64,000 nt of DNA from Promethearchaeota archaeon. Lineage in GTDB: Archaea; Asgardarchaeota; Lokiarchaeia; Sigyniarchaeales; SOKP01. Where the stretch lies: contig JAEOUA010000008.1 in the NCBI GenBank assembly GCA_016839555.1, positions 96,001 to 160,000 of the forward strand. Reading direction: 5' to 3'. How positions within the stretch are numbered: position 1 is the stretch's first letter; each line of letters starts with the position of its first letter. Of this stretch, positions 51,563-61,700 are shown piece by piece. The notes below the pieces were generated by a model. It ran no database searches. It was not told the DNA's origin and saw nothing but the letters and a program-made list of their open reading frames with translations. The translations under genes and the position numbers were made by a program.

Positions 51563-54500
51563 TTAATTCTCGTCTACTATCTTTTTAAAATCTCGAAATA
51601 TAGAATTAAAAAATATAAAAAGCGTTTCTGAATATGATCGTATTTCCTCTTTATACTGGTTTATATTTTCTTGTGAAATATCCGATAATTTTGCTCTTTC
51701 TAAGAGCGAATCTAAAGATGCTCTATTGATCGTTAGAGGAATAGAAGTTAATAGGAAGGTGACTGCCTTCTCTAGTATAAGATCCGGAATTTCATTCTTC
51801 TCTTCGGGATAAAGGTCGCAGTAGAACTCAACTAAGAAGGTAGGTAGTGCAGAGCGTTCTAATATTATTGCTTTTTCAAATTGCTGTTTATCAACTAATA
51901 CAGAAATATCTATAATTTTTATAAGAAAGTCACTCATATGGTCAAAGAATTTATTTATAATTTCTGATTGAGTATATGATGACGTCGATTCATTATTAAA
52001 ATATTTATTATTTCTCGGAGTAGTAGATACCTCAGTAGTCCCCTGATTGGTTTTTGTATCTTTTATTTTAGGAAAGTTCGAACTTAAATTATTTGGTGTG
52101 AGTATGCTTTCTAAGTCAAGTTCTTTTTCGGATTCTTGCTCAAGAAGCTCTACTGAAATTTGAGTCTCTTGATCTCTCTTTAATTCAAAGTAATCATTTA
52201 AAGATTCTTGGTATTGAGGCCCTACCGCATATGAGGTGCGAATGGATTGAGAGCCGCTTGCACGTCTAGGATGACTCTCAATTATATAGTTATATTTGAG
52301 AAAAATATTAAATAATTGATCCCTTATGAGTTTTACCTGACGTTTGTCTTTTCCGTATCGTTTCTGAACCTTTGGATAAAGAATTTTAAGAAGTTCTTCC
52401 TTAATCTTACTTTTATAAAGGTTGCCCACTTGATCAAGAGTCTGCAATACACTAAAGAACTTTATAATTTCATCCAAGAAAAGGATATAATGTTTAAAAT
52501 GTTGTTCAAAAAGGGTTTTTTGCGCGTTAGAAAGTATGTTTTTTTCATTATCTTCAAGATTATAACCTTGGTGAAACATATATTCATTAAGTTGCTGTTG
52601 AGATACTATATTTAGATTCAAGAATTCCATATTATCTATAATAATCGGAAATGGTTGAGGAAAATCATCTCTTTTAACAAGTAATTCATCCCTTTTCAGG
52701 TTCATGAGAAATGGTACTTGATAACTCTCTTTTCGCTTGGAACTATAATAGCCCTCCCCATGAAGTTCAGACAAATTCATTAAGTTCTTCAATACAGCAA
52801 TATCCCGTTTATCAGTAGTTTTAAAGGAGATAAAGTTTTCAAAATAATTAAACACATGAGGATGCATGTCTCGAATTTGATTAGCTGTCGTTATAATCCC
52901 CATTTGCAGTGCTTGAATAGGCTTTATAAGCTTCATAATCTTGCCGTAGCGATAATCCCCTTGTCTATCGAGAAAATTATTATCAAATATAATATCAGTA
53001 TTGGGAACAATAAATATCTTCTGATAAAAACTCCTTTCCTCATAAAATCTCCTGATATATAGCAAAATTTTCACAATGATTACAAAAGTTATAAATACTT
53101 TCGGCTCTAAATCTTGGAAGATGGAAAGATCAATAATTATAGTTTTTTCATTTTGTATGAATTCATAAGAGAAGATTTGAGACCCTCCTATTCCATCGGA
53201 TGGTTTATCCGTCCCACCTAACTCGTAGTTTTTCGTAGAGATAACACTGGGCCCCTCCCTAATTTGTTGGAGCACGGAGATAATAGGCCTCATACCAATA
53301 TTTTTCTCCCATACATTCTGATTTTTGATATCCAATAAAAATTCGGTATATGAAAATTTTTCTTCCTTTAATAATTCTTTAAGGGCGTCCATTGGTTCCC
53401 TTCGTTGTTTATAGACCATCGCTAAGATGTCCACGATATAGCTAATATAGCTATCACGTTCTGAATCATAGGGAATATCAGAATCAAATGGATCAATCTG
53501 AAAATTTTTTCCTAATGAAAAAACTAAAAATTCATTTTCATATTTACTTCCTTGAAAATAAGAAAGCAACACGGAAAAGGTACCATCATAATCGAATACA
53601 ATAGATTGCTCTCCTTGTTTCACTAACTCTGCGACAATTTTAAACAACAAATATTCTCGAGCTTTATAAGATCCATTTGTTATTAACAGATTTTTAATTT
53701 GTTCAAATGTGAACCCCGCGGGTACTTCCTCCATAAGAAATTCGGTATTAAGCGTATATCCTATAGTTATGAAGTTTTCAAGATTAAGGGGCGTATTAAA
53801 CTCAGATGCAATTCTTGTCTCGATTGCTTTCCTAAATTCAGGTGAAATTTCCATCAAATTCATCAAAACTTTTCCTTGCATAATTAAATAATTCAAATGA
53901 GTACCTCCCAGTCGAAAGAATTTTGATTTGAGGGTTGAGGCCCCAATCCCGGAAGAAAGGTAATTTTGTGAAAGTTGCTCTAACTCATAATTAGGAAAAT
54001 TTCCCTCAAAAATACTAGTAATTGTCTCTGTTCGATGTCGGAGTTTATTTCCTTGATTTATTATTACTTCTTGGGTTATATTCGTGGCATAGGTAATAGT
54101 ATGGATTGTATGAAGTATAATCAGACGCCAGAGTCCGTTTCTCATAAACATCCAACCTGCTTGTTCATATTTCTTTAATTTTTCATTCAAGAAATCTCGA
54201 TGACCTTCCTTTATCCATTTAAAGCATTTATCCACGAAATAGGCATAAGATATAGGAGCAGAGATTATTGTATATGTAAAAGGGATTTTTTTACCGACCA
54301 GTGCTCTGAAATATTTAGCGGGGGTAGCAATAAATTGATCTTTTTTCATAAATTGAGTTGCCGCATATTTCACATTAAGAAAGTTCATAGCCAGCAATAT
54401 TTTCTTGTTTATATGGGCGAATACTATTTCGCTATATTTACGAGACCTAAAAAAATCAATATTATGAAAGGGTGATACCGTGAAATGCTCTTCCTTAACT

Positions 54501-55576
54501 AGCGTGAACCGACTGATTGAAAATAATACCTCACGCCAAAAGATAAAAAATATAATGAAAACAAGAATAATATTTATAATTGGGATCCAGTAAAACTTTA
54601 AAGGAATTAGGACTAAAACCACATCAAAATAAAGAACGAAGCTAATTACCAATAATGTTTTAAACGGTTTTATAACTAAATCTTTATCTTTTAAATTGTC
54701 TTCCTCTTCAAAATCCATCCCACATACAAAATTCTTTATTCCTTGGACTAAATCATCGCCGACCAGTTTATCGATCTTCGTATGCGCAAAATCTTCAATC
54801 ACAATCTCTTCAAATTTAGCTTGATACCCCCTTAATTTATCTGTAATAAGGCTCACTAGCGATTTAGTTAGAATTCCTGTAGCATAATATGATATTGCAA
54901 AATATAGATTGATACTCATCGTGCTGGAGTTTCTTTGCAATAGTGGTGCTTGAATCACCTGATAAGTAAAAGGAACACAGGCAATATGAAGTGTTTTTAC
55001 GAAATGGTTGAGATTAGGGCTCACATTTTCCGGAAAGACGCTAATTTTGTAGAGGCTTAAGCCGGAATGCTGTAAATCCTGAGTGTTTGAGAAATAGAGA
55101 ATATCCCTTTTATAAAGATTACCTTTATCAAAAAATTGTTCATTAAAAGTAGTGGAGGCTGTAAATTGAGCCTCTTCTGTCGCCGAATCTGCGAACCAAA
55201 AGCGTAAATGAGCAAATGGATCAAACTTTCCCCGTGTTAGTCCACTGAATGAAGAGATTAAAAATGAATTGTCTCCAAAGACGAATATAAATAAGAGAAA
55301 GAAGATTGTCGGAAGTAAGATCGCTATACTGATAGAAGTAGTCCATAAAAATGTTAAATAACCCATCATAAAATGGACTCCCAGAGAGGCAATAATCTTT
55401 ATGATCCCCAAACTTGTATTTATATCCTTAAAAGAAGGGATTTTATCCCAAATATTTAAATAACTGCCAATCTGGGCTTGCTGTGGTTTATATTCTTTAT
55501 TGGTCGAATGTTTATTCTTCTCATATTGTTCTCGATATGCTTTTTGATTATCATTATCTTTTTTATATTTATTCAT
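51563..55576 (-). CDS. Large membrane-anchored protein with degenerate HerA/VirB4-like ATPase domain
   Basis: Two TM pairs; LLITNGSYKARE (broken Walker A), SIVFDYDG, IIIDLS, GIITTANQIRD...FISFK. Confidence 0.72.
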   Translation of the reverse strand: MNKYKKDNDNQKAYREQYEKNKHSTNKEYKPQQAQIGSYLNIWDKIPSFKDINTSLGIIKIIASLGVHFMMGYLTFLWTTSISIAILLPTIFFLLFIFVFGDNSFLISSFSGLTRGKFDPFAHLRFWFADSATEEAQFTASTTFNEQFFDKGNLYKRDILYFSNTQDLQHSGLSLYKISVFPENVSPNLNHFVKTLHIACVPFTYQVIQAPLLQRNSSTMSINLYFAISYYATGILTKSLVSLITDKLRGYQAKFEEIVIEDFAHTKIDKLVGDDLVQGIKNFVCGMDFEEEDNLKDKDLVIKPFKTLLVISFVLYFDVVLVLIPLKFYWIPIINIILVFIIFFIFWREVLFSISRFTLVKEEHFTVSPFHNIDFFRSRKYSEIVFAHINKKILLAMNFLNVKYAATQFMKKDQFIATPAKYFRALVGKKIPFTYTIISAPISYAYFVDKCFKWIKEGHRDFLNEKLKKYEQAGWMFMRNGLWRLIILHTIHTITYATNITQEVIINQGNKLRHRTETITSIFEGNFPNYELEQLSQNYLSSGIGASTLKSKFFRLGGTHLNYLIMQGKVLMNLMEISPEFRKAIETRIASEFNTPLNLENFITIGYTLNTEFLMEEVPAGFTFEQIKNLLITNGSYKAREYLLFKIVAELVKQGEQSIVFDYDGTFSVLLSYFQGSKYENEFLVFSLGKNFQIDPFDSDIPYDSERDSYISYIVDILAMVYKQRREPMDALKELLKEEKFSYTEFLLDIKNQNVWEKNIGMRPIISVLQQIREGPSVISTKNYELGGTDKPSDGIGGSQIFSYEFIQNEKTIIIDLSIFQDLEPKVFITFVIIVKILLYIRRFYEERSFYQKIFIVPNTDIIFDNNFLDRQGDYRYGKIMKLIKPIQALQMGIITTANQIRDMHPHVFNYFENFISFKTTDKRDIAVLKNLMNLSELHGEGYYSSKRKESYQVPFLMNLKRDELLVKRDDFPQPFPIIIDNMEFLNLNIVSQQQLNEYMFHQGYNLEDNEKNILSNAQKTLFEQHFKHYILFLDEIIKFFSVLQTLDQVGNLYKSKIKEELLKILYPKVQKRYGKDKRQVKLIRDQLFNIFLKYNYIIESHPRRASGSQSIRTSYAVGPQYQESLNDYFELKRDQETQISVELLEQESEKELDLESILTPNNLSSNFPKIKDTKTNQGTTEVSTTPRNNKYFNNESTSSYTQSEIINKFFDHMSDFLIKIIDISVLVDKQQFEKAIILERSALPTFLVEFYCDLYPEEKNEIPDLILEKAVTFLLTSIPLTINRASLDSLLERAKLSDISQENINQYKEEIRSYSETLFIFFNSIFRDFKKIVDEN

Positions 55577-55982
55577 TGTTTATCAATAAAAAATAGTTAT
55601 TGGTGGGGTATAATAGCAAAACTATTTAAATAAAAAATTCGAAATATAAGGAGAATTTAAAATTTTTTATAATGCCTTAAATAAAATCAATTAGAACAAC
55701 AATAATAGATGAAATTATCTTAATTTTTTTTAAATATAAGGGATATTAATTAACTCTAAAAACAAAGTTACTTAAAGGTAGGGTTGGGGTATAATATTCT
55801 TTTTAAAAAGAATGTTTTTCAAGTTTATAAATATTGCTGATAATTTCTTTCGATTTTCAATAGAAACCACAAAATAATTTCGATATTTTGATGATTTTTT
55901 ATTTAAATAGATTTATCAAATTATTATTCTAATTGTAAAAGAAAAATTGATTAAAACTTAAAAAATAGAGAAAAAAAGAAAA

Positions 55983-56366
55983 ATGGCGGAAGTAATAGTT
56001 TATCCTCAGCAGAATCAAGGTCAAGCAAAAACATATATTAAATGGGTTTTTTATGGAATTATAATCTTTCTTGCGATAATTTTTCCTTTTTTTGGCTATG
56101 AAATACGCTCTCAACTCGGTACTATCTTTCGGGGCTTTTTTAACATTGTATTTAACGTTATCGGAACTCTCTGTATATTTGGGGGGATTATATATCTCCT
56201 TTTAGGAGTTTTTGGATTATTTTCGAGGCGATTTTCATTTAAGCAAATTATTCTTGGGGCTTTACTACTTTGGGTCGGTTGTTGGATGACAGGTATTGTA
56301 ATTGATTTTTTTGGCGTTAGTTTCGGAGGAAAAGGGTCTTCTATATCCTCGAAAGGATATCATTAA
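55983..56366 (+). CDS. Small membrane protein (3 TM), divergent from the ATPase cluster
   Basis: 127-aa Gly/Phe/Ile-rich hydrophobic ORF. Confidence 0.7.
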   Translation: MAEVIVYPQQNQGQAKTYIKWVFYGIIIFLAIIFPFFGYEIRSQLGTIFRGFFNIVFNVIGTLCIFGGIIYLLLGVFGLFSRRFSFKQIILGALLLWVGCWMTGIVIDFFGVSFGGKGSSISSKGYH

Positions 56367-56644
56367 AAGCGGTATTTAAATGGCGTAATGCCAACATTAT
56401 TATAAAAAAGAGGTCAAAAATTTAATATGCAATATATATTCCTAGACCTAAAATTATTATTATATGTGTTGCATGAGGTGAGACAAAAGTTATTTATAAA
56501 AATAAAGAATATGATATTGAGGAATATACAATTAATTAAATATAATTCTTTTCTCATCGATATAATATAAGAAAAAAAAAAGAAGAAAAGGCTAAGGAAA
56601 AAGACGAGGAAATAAAAGAACAGGTAAAAATCAATAGAGAAGAA

Positions 56645-57358
56645 ATGAAGTCAAAGTTGTCCCATCTCTCGAATGAAGTAAATGCAATAATCGGAATTGG
56701 AAATAAAGAATATAGTCAAGGACATCTTGAGGGAGCAGTCAATTATTGGGAAAGGGCGCTAAGCTTATTAAGTAATGCTAAGGTAAGAATTAAGGGGTTA
56801 AATGTATATGCGGCGGAACATATAAATAAAGCCCAAAGAAGATTAAGAATTAATATAAGAAATGTAACTAAATCCATTAAAGAAGAGATTAGGGTTAAAA
56901 ATCTGCTGGATGCCCCCACCGAAATTTATTGCCAAGCATGTGGATGCCTTAATGACTCGGATAGAACGATATGTAAGCAATGCGGAACCCCTTTGAGAAC
57001 CATTGGCTTCTCTTCAACTGACCAGCAAGATGATCTATTAGAAAAATGCGAATCTCCTATTGAAAGACAATTTTTTACTTCCGCGAGGAAGCTAATACCC
57101 AATTTAGAACCCCAAGAATGGATTGGAAAATATCGCGTAGACTTTGCCCTCAAAGATAAAAAGGTAGTGGTGGAATTAGATGGGCATTCCTATCATAAAA
57201 CAAAAGAACAGCGGCAAAATGATGCAGAACGGCAACGACACCTTCAAAAAGAAGGCTATACAGTCATTCGATTTACTGGAAGCGAAATCAATAAGGATCT
57301 TAGTGGGTGCATCTCTGAAGTGTTAGATATCTTGGACAAAAAAAGTAATTCTAAATAG
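56645..57358 (+). CDS. TPR-like helices + zinc ribbon + DUF559 (Vsr-like/PD-(D/E)xK) endonuclease domain
   Basis: CQACG..CKQCG; ESPIE; Q..IGKYRVDFA..VVVELDGHSYH..DAERQRHL..GYTVIRFTGSEI. Confidence 0.88.
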   Translation: MKSKLSHLSNEVNAIIGIGNKEYSQGHLEGAVNYWERALSLLSNAKVRIKGLNVYAAEHINKAQRRLRINIRNVTKSIKEEIRVKNLLDAPTEIYCQACGCLNDSDRTICKQCGTPLRTIGFSSTDQQDDLLEKCESPIERQFFTSARKLIPNLEPQEWIGKYRVDFALKDKKVVVELDGHSYHKTKEQRQNDAERQRHLQKEGYTVIRFTGSEINKDLSGCISEVLDILDKKSNSK

Positions 57359-57394
57359 AAATAAGAATAAAAACCTTTATCTTTATTCTTATTT
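57359..57394 (+). terminator. 13-bp AT-rich hairpin directly after the DUF559 gene
   Basis: AAATAAGAATAAA (57359-71) / TTTATTCTTATTT (57382-94). Confidence 0.45.
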
Positions 57395-57680
57395 ATTCTA
57401 ACTCATTTTTCAAGCACTTAACATTGTCTTTCGTTAATTTTTGAGAAGTCAAAGGATTATCAGATTCTCTAAAATTCGAAAACGGAATAAAGATTTCTCA
57501 AATATATTTAAACAAAATAACCAGAAAATCTTATTTTTTTATGCATTAATAGGTAAAATTTGAATAGAATTTTGCCATTTTTTTATTTATATACTTTTGA
57601 TAATAAAGGGGGTTTATATGTAAAATTTCTTTCAAAAATGGAAGAGTAAAATAAAAAAAACATAAAAAATACCCCCTGAT

Positions 57681-57998
57681 ATGAAAATTCGTGATTATGA
57701 TAAGGAGATAGAACGTGAAATACTAATTAAGAAACTATATGATATTTTATACGAGATAAGGGAGTATTTTGTTGTCTTTTGGGAAAATCTCAAACTTTCC
57801 TTCAAGTCTGAAAGACAATTGCTAGAGCATGAACCAAATTTGGATCCTCGTGTGAAAAAATTACAAGTTAAATATGTAGATAACCTTGATCCGCTCGAAA
57901 CAAAATTGACTACTAAGATTTTTGATTTCTTTGATTCCTTATGTGCCATATTTTTAGCATCTTCCCCCATATGGCTTACCATTCTATTCTCCGGTTAG
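57681..57998 (+). CDS. Hypothetical protein with C-terminal hydrophobic segment
   Basis: 105-aa ATG ORF; tail-anchor-like end. Confidence 0.55.
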   Translation: MKIRDYDKEIEREILIKKLYDILYEIREYFVVFWENLKLSFKSERQLLEHEPNLDPRVKKLQVKYVDNLDPLETKLTTKIFDFFDSLCAIFLASSPIWLTILFSG

Positions 57999-58060
57999 TT
58001 TAAATATTTAAAAAATTGCATTACTTATTTGACTTTAACGCTACGTCTTTTTAGTTTCTT

Positions 58061-58096
58061 AATCGCCGCAAGGAGAGCCGGAGGCGATTTTCTTTG
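58061..58096 (+). terminator. GC-rich stem-loop followed by a T tract
   Basis: AATCGCC (58061-67) / GGCGATT (58083-89) then TTCTTTG. Confidence 0.4.
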
Positions 58097-58255
58097 ATTA
58101 ATTTATATTTAAAAGTTTATATTGAAATATTATTAATAAAAATGACAGAAAAATTGGATTATTTAGCTTTAAAGAAATTAGTGAGAAATAAAAAATTTTT
58201 CATTATTACATTATAAGGAAATAGCAAGAAATAATAACCTTTTAAACGAATGGCT

Positions 58256-58609
58256 TTATAAGGATAAATAATTGTAAATACTATCTTTTATTTTTATAAT
58301 TGTATTATCATAATTTACTGATTTTCTTATTATTCTTTTTAAATTCTTATTAGAATTAATTCTTCTAATTCTAGTATAATTTTTTTTCTCATTAGATTTA
58401 ATATTAGACGCTTTTATGTAATTCAATTTTCCGATCCAAAACCCCAAAATTTTTTCTTTTGACACATCTATCTCACAATAACCTGTTCCAGCATTACAAT
58501 CAATTAAATATGTTTTTTGTTTCCTAACAATATTAAACCAAACATCATAATAATAACCTAATTCATCTAATTTTTCTTTTGTATGTTCTGGAAAGGAAAG
58601 ATTAGTCAT
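58256..58609 (-). pseudogene. Truncated three-Cys-motif partner (TcmP)-like methyltransferase-fold gene
   Basis: EHTKEKL..L.YY..VW.NI...YLIDCNAGTG N-terminus; similarity ends after KILG. Confidence 0.55.
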
Positions 58610-58719
58610 ATCAAAATTATCATTGCTTAAGATGATATAATAATATAATAAAAAGTTTTTTTTATAATTATATTGATTTGAAGAATATGAAATAAAACAT
58701 GAAGTTTCAGAAATTTTAA

Positions 58720-61700
58720 CTATATTTTAAAATCTTGAAAATTAAAATTTTCATCAAGTAATTTATAGTTAACCCATATATTGTCTTTATCATTCCATTC
58801 TAAATTTTTTAATGGTGTATAATGATTTAAAAAGGAAAGATCTTTAAACACATCCTTTAAAAAGTTTTTACCCTCTACTAAATCATTTAAAATACAATAA
58901 CGCTTTATTCCTAGAAGATCAAAAATCCCATGAAATACTTCATCAAATTCACTAAATTCACAATCAGGCAAAGTTAATTTTATGAAAAGACCATTCTCAA
59001 AATGTTTTTGATCTTTCATCTCATTTATATAAATCTCACCTTCGATTTCATAAATAAAACAATAATTAAAAAATCCAAAAATTTTAATTAATACTGTAAT
59101 AACCTCAATTGAAATATTTGGAATAATAAAATAGAAATTTTCGCAAAGATCTAAATTTTTTAATTCTAAATAAGGAAATAATAAGTGCTTAGAATTTAGA
59201 TTTTGAAAAGAATCAATTTTATGATGCTTCTCTTGTGCTAAAAATGATTTTAAATCGTCGGGTTGGAAAGTATAGAGATTCATAAGATCTTTAAATTCTA
59301 GGGAATTAGGTTCAAAAAACATGTCGGAAATACTATCAAAATCAAATTCCTTCATGGAAGGCAAAACTAAATTGTACTGCTGTTTGAAAATTATTTTTCT
59401 TGCAAAGGAATTAAAATGATTCGCATTTAAATTCCATCCATTAGAAGTTAAATTATAATTAAAATGCAAAACGTGGTAAACTTTTTTAATGAAAAATAAG
59501 ATATATTCGAGGAATGCTTTTTTTGATTTTAATAACCAATTCAAATACGAATTATTAGGAGTATGATATGGAAATAAATAAGTTATCAAAAATGAATAAA
59601 AATTTTGATGGATCTCGATAGGATGTTTCAAAGAAAGAAAGTTTTTAGTTAACACACATTTTTTATTTATTTCCTCTAATTTTGAAGTAGTAAACCATAA
59701 AAAGTATTTAGAAAAGCCAAAACTCTGATGTTGTGGAATAAATTTAATGGATTGGACATATTGATTAAAAAAAGGGGCCTGTTTAAATCCTTTAAATAAA
59801 TCGGTATTAGATAAAATTGAACTTAAATTTTTATGGAAATCCTCTAATTCATGAAGGTGCGTAGGATTAAATCTTACTTGCCGTCTTGAATTGCGTTTTG
59901 AAACATCTCTTGCTAGCTTCAATAAATTATTTTCATTAGTAAATAAATAGATTCTGCTTTTTCTATCTTTCATATCTGAGGGATGTTTTGTCTTGTTTAA
60001 GAACCTATTAATAAGGAGAAGGAATTGACTAAACATATCCCTAGCATAAAAGAACTTGCCCTTCTGAAAATCGTAATAATCTTTAACACTAAAGACATTA
60101 AGTACTCCTGAAGAAAAAAATCTTAATACTTCAATTATATTTTTTTTAAATATATTATAAAAAATTGAAATTAAATTGTATTTTTCATTAATTGAAAGAT
60201 TTGGTAAATATAATCCCAAAAAAATATATTTTCTTTTAGATAATACATCTTCACCTCGTTCAAGAATTAATCGAGGAAAAAATGATTTCATTCGATCGAT
60301 TAATTCTATTACTTGTGAAGTATCTTTGAGAATAATATAGATGCAATAATGCGCAAAATGAGTAGTTCTTATTGTATTAATTAAATTTGGTTTGAGAATA
60401 GGTGGATCCATTTGTATATATTTATTAATAATTTCTTGTACTTTATTTATTGTAATTTCTCTTAACTTATACTGTCGTTTTATACTTGTTATTTTTTTTT
60501 TCTTACCAGAATAAATAGAAAAAGCAAGGTCCTTATCTAGGATGATTTTTTTAATATTTTTAACATTGAAGATTTTTAATATAAAGAAATTATTTAAGAT
60601 TGTAGAAAATAAAGAAACTTTTTTAACTTCCTCTTCAAATTTAATCTTATTGTTAAAGTAAAGTAAAATTAATTTTTGAACCAATCTTTTTTTAAAATCA
60701 GAGTGATTTACCTGTTTTGAAAATAAATTTACATGATTGCTCTTAATAAAAGCTTTGAAATCAATGATTGAAGTTATATTCTGATCTACAACAATTTTTT
60801 TTAATAACTTAATTATTTCAAGAATAGAAACAAAAAAATATTTAATGTAAAAAATACCAGCATTAAAAAATTTATCAATAATAGAAATGAAGTCTTTTTG
60901 CATAATTGGATGAGTAAATAATAACTCTAAATCCATCCTCAACTTTTTTATAAATTTTATCTGAAAAAGAAAATCATTTATATAATCCATCCTCAATTGA
61001 TTGATCTTTCGCCTACTGGGTTCAAAACCAAATCCTGTTAGAGAATAATATCTAATTCTATCTAAAATTAAAAAATCTAAATGACTTAATTTAACTGAAT
61101 CGATTAATTCTTCTCCATAGCTATATGAAAAGTCAATTTCAAATTTTTCCTCATATTTTTGATGATTTGGATTTATTAAATTCTTGATATTATGAAAATC
61201 TTGAAAATAATTTAAATTAAGATTGTTTTTTACTTTTTGTCTTTTGATACATATAGTTTGGACATTTCTTGATTTAAGACTCTTTAATAATGAGAATAGA
61301 GATTTGGTATAGACCTTCGGTAAGTATAAATATCCACTTGCAAAGATAGATAATCCATTGCTTGAGAATCTTATATGGGCTAAAAAAGGAAAATTCTTTA
61401 GGACTATTTTAATCCTTTTTTTTGATATTGAAGGATCAAACTGAAATAAAATCCAATAAATATTGATGCCTATATTCTTATAATATATTTGATAACTAGG
61501 AGATACAAAACTATATTTTTTTAACCATCTAAGGCTCTCGGTGAATTTGTTTGTGCTCAGATCAGTCTTAATAAATCCTATTTTTTTGAAATCCTTAAAA
61601 AGTTGCGTATATTGGGCTAAATTCTTAAAAGTCTTTTTTTTATAAAATATTTTAATTAAAATTCTTATTGTCTCTAATATATCTTCATCCCACATCTGCA

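Noticed and set aside
58072-58090. GAGAGCCGGA as the start of group II intron domain V
   Set aside because: The complementary 3' half of domain V and any reverse-transcriptase ORF are absent.
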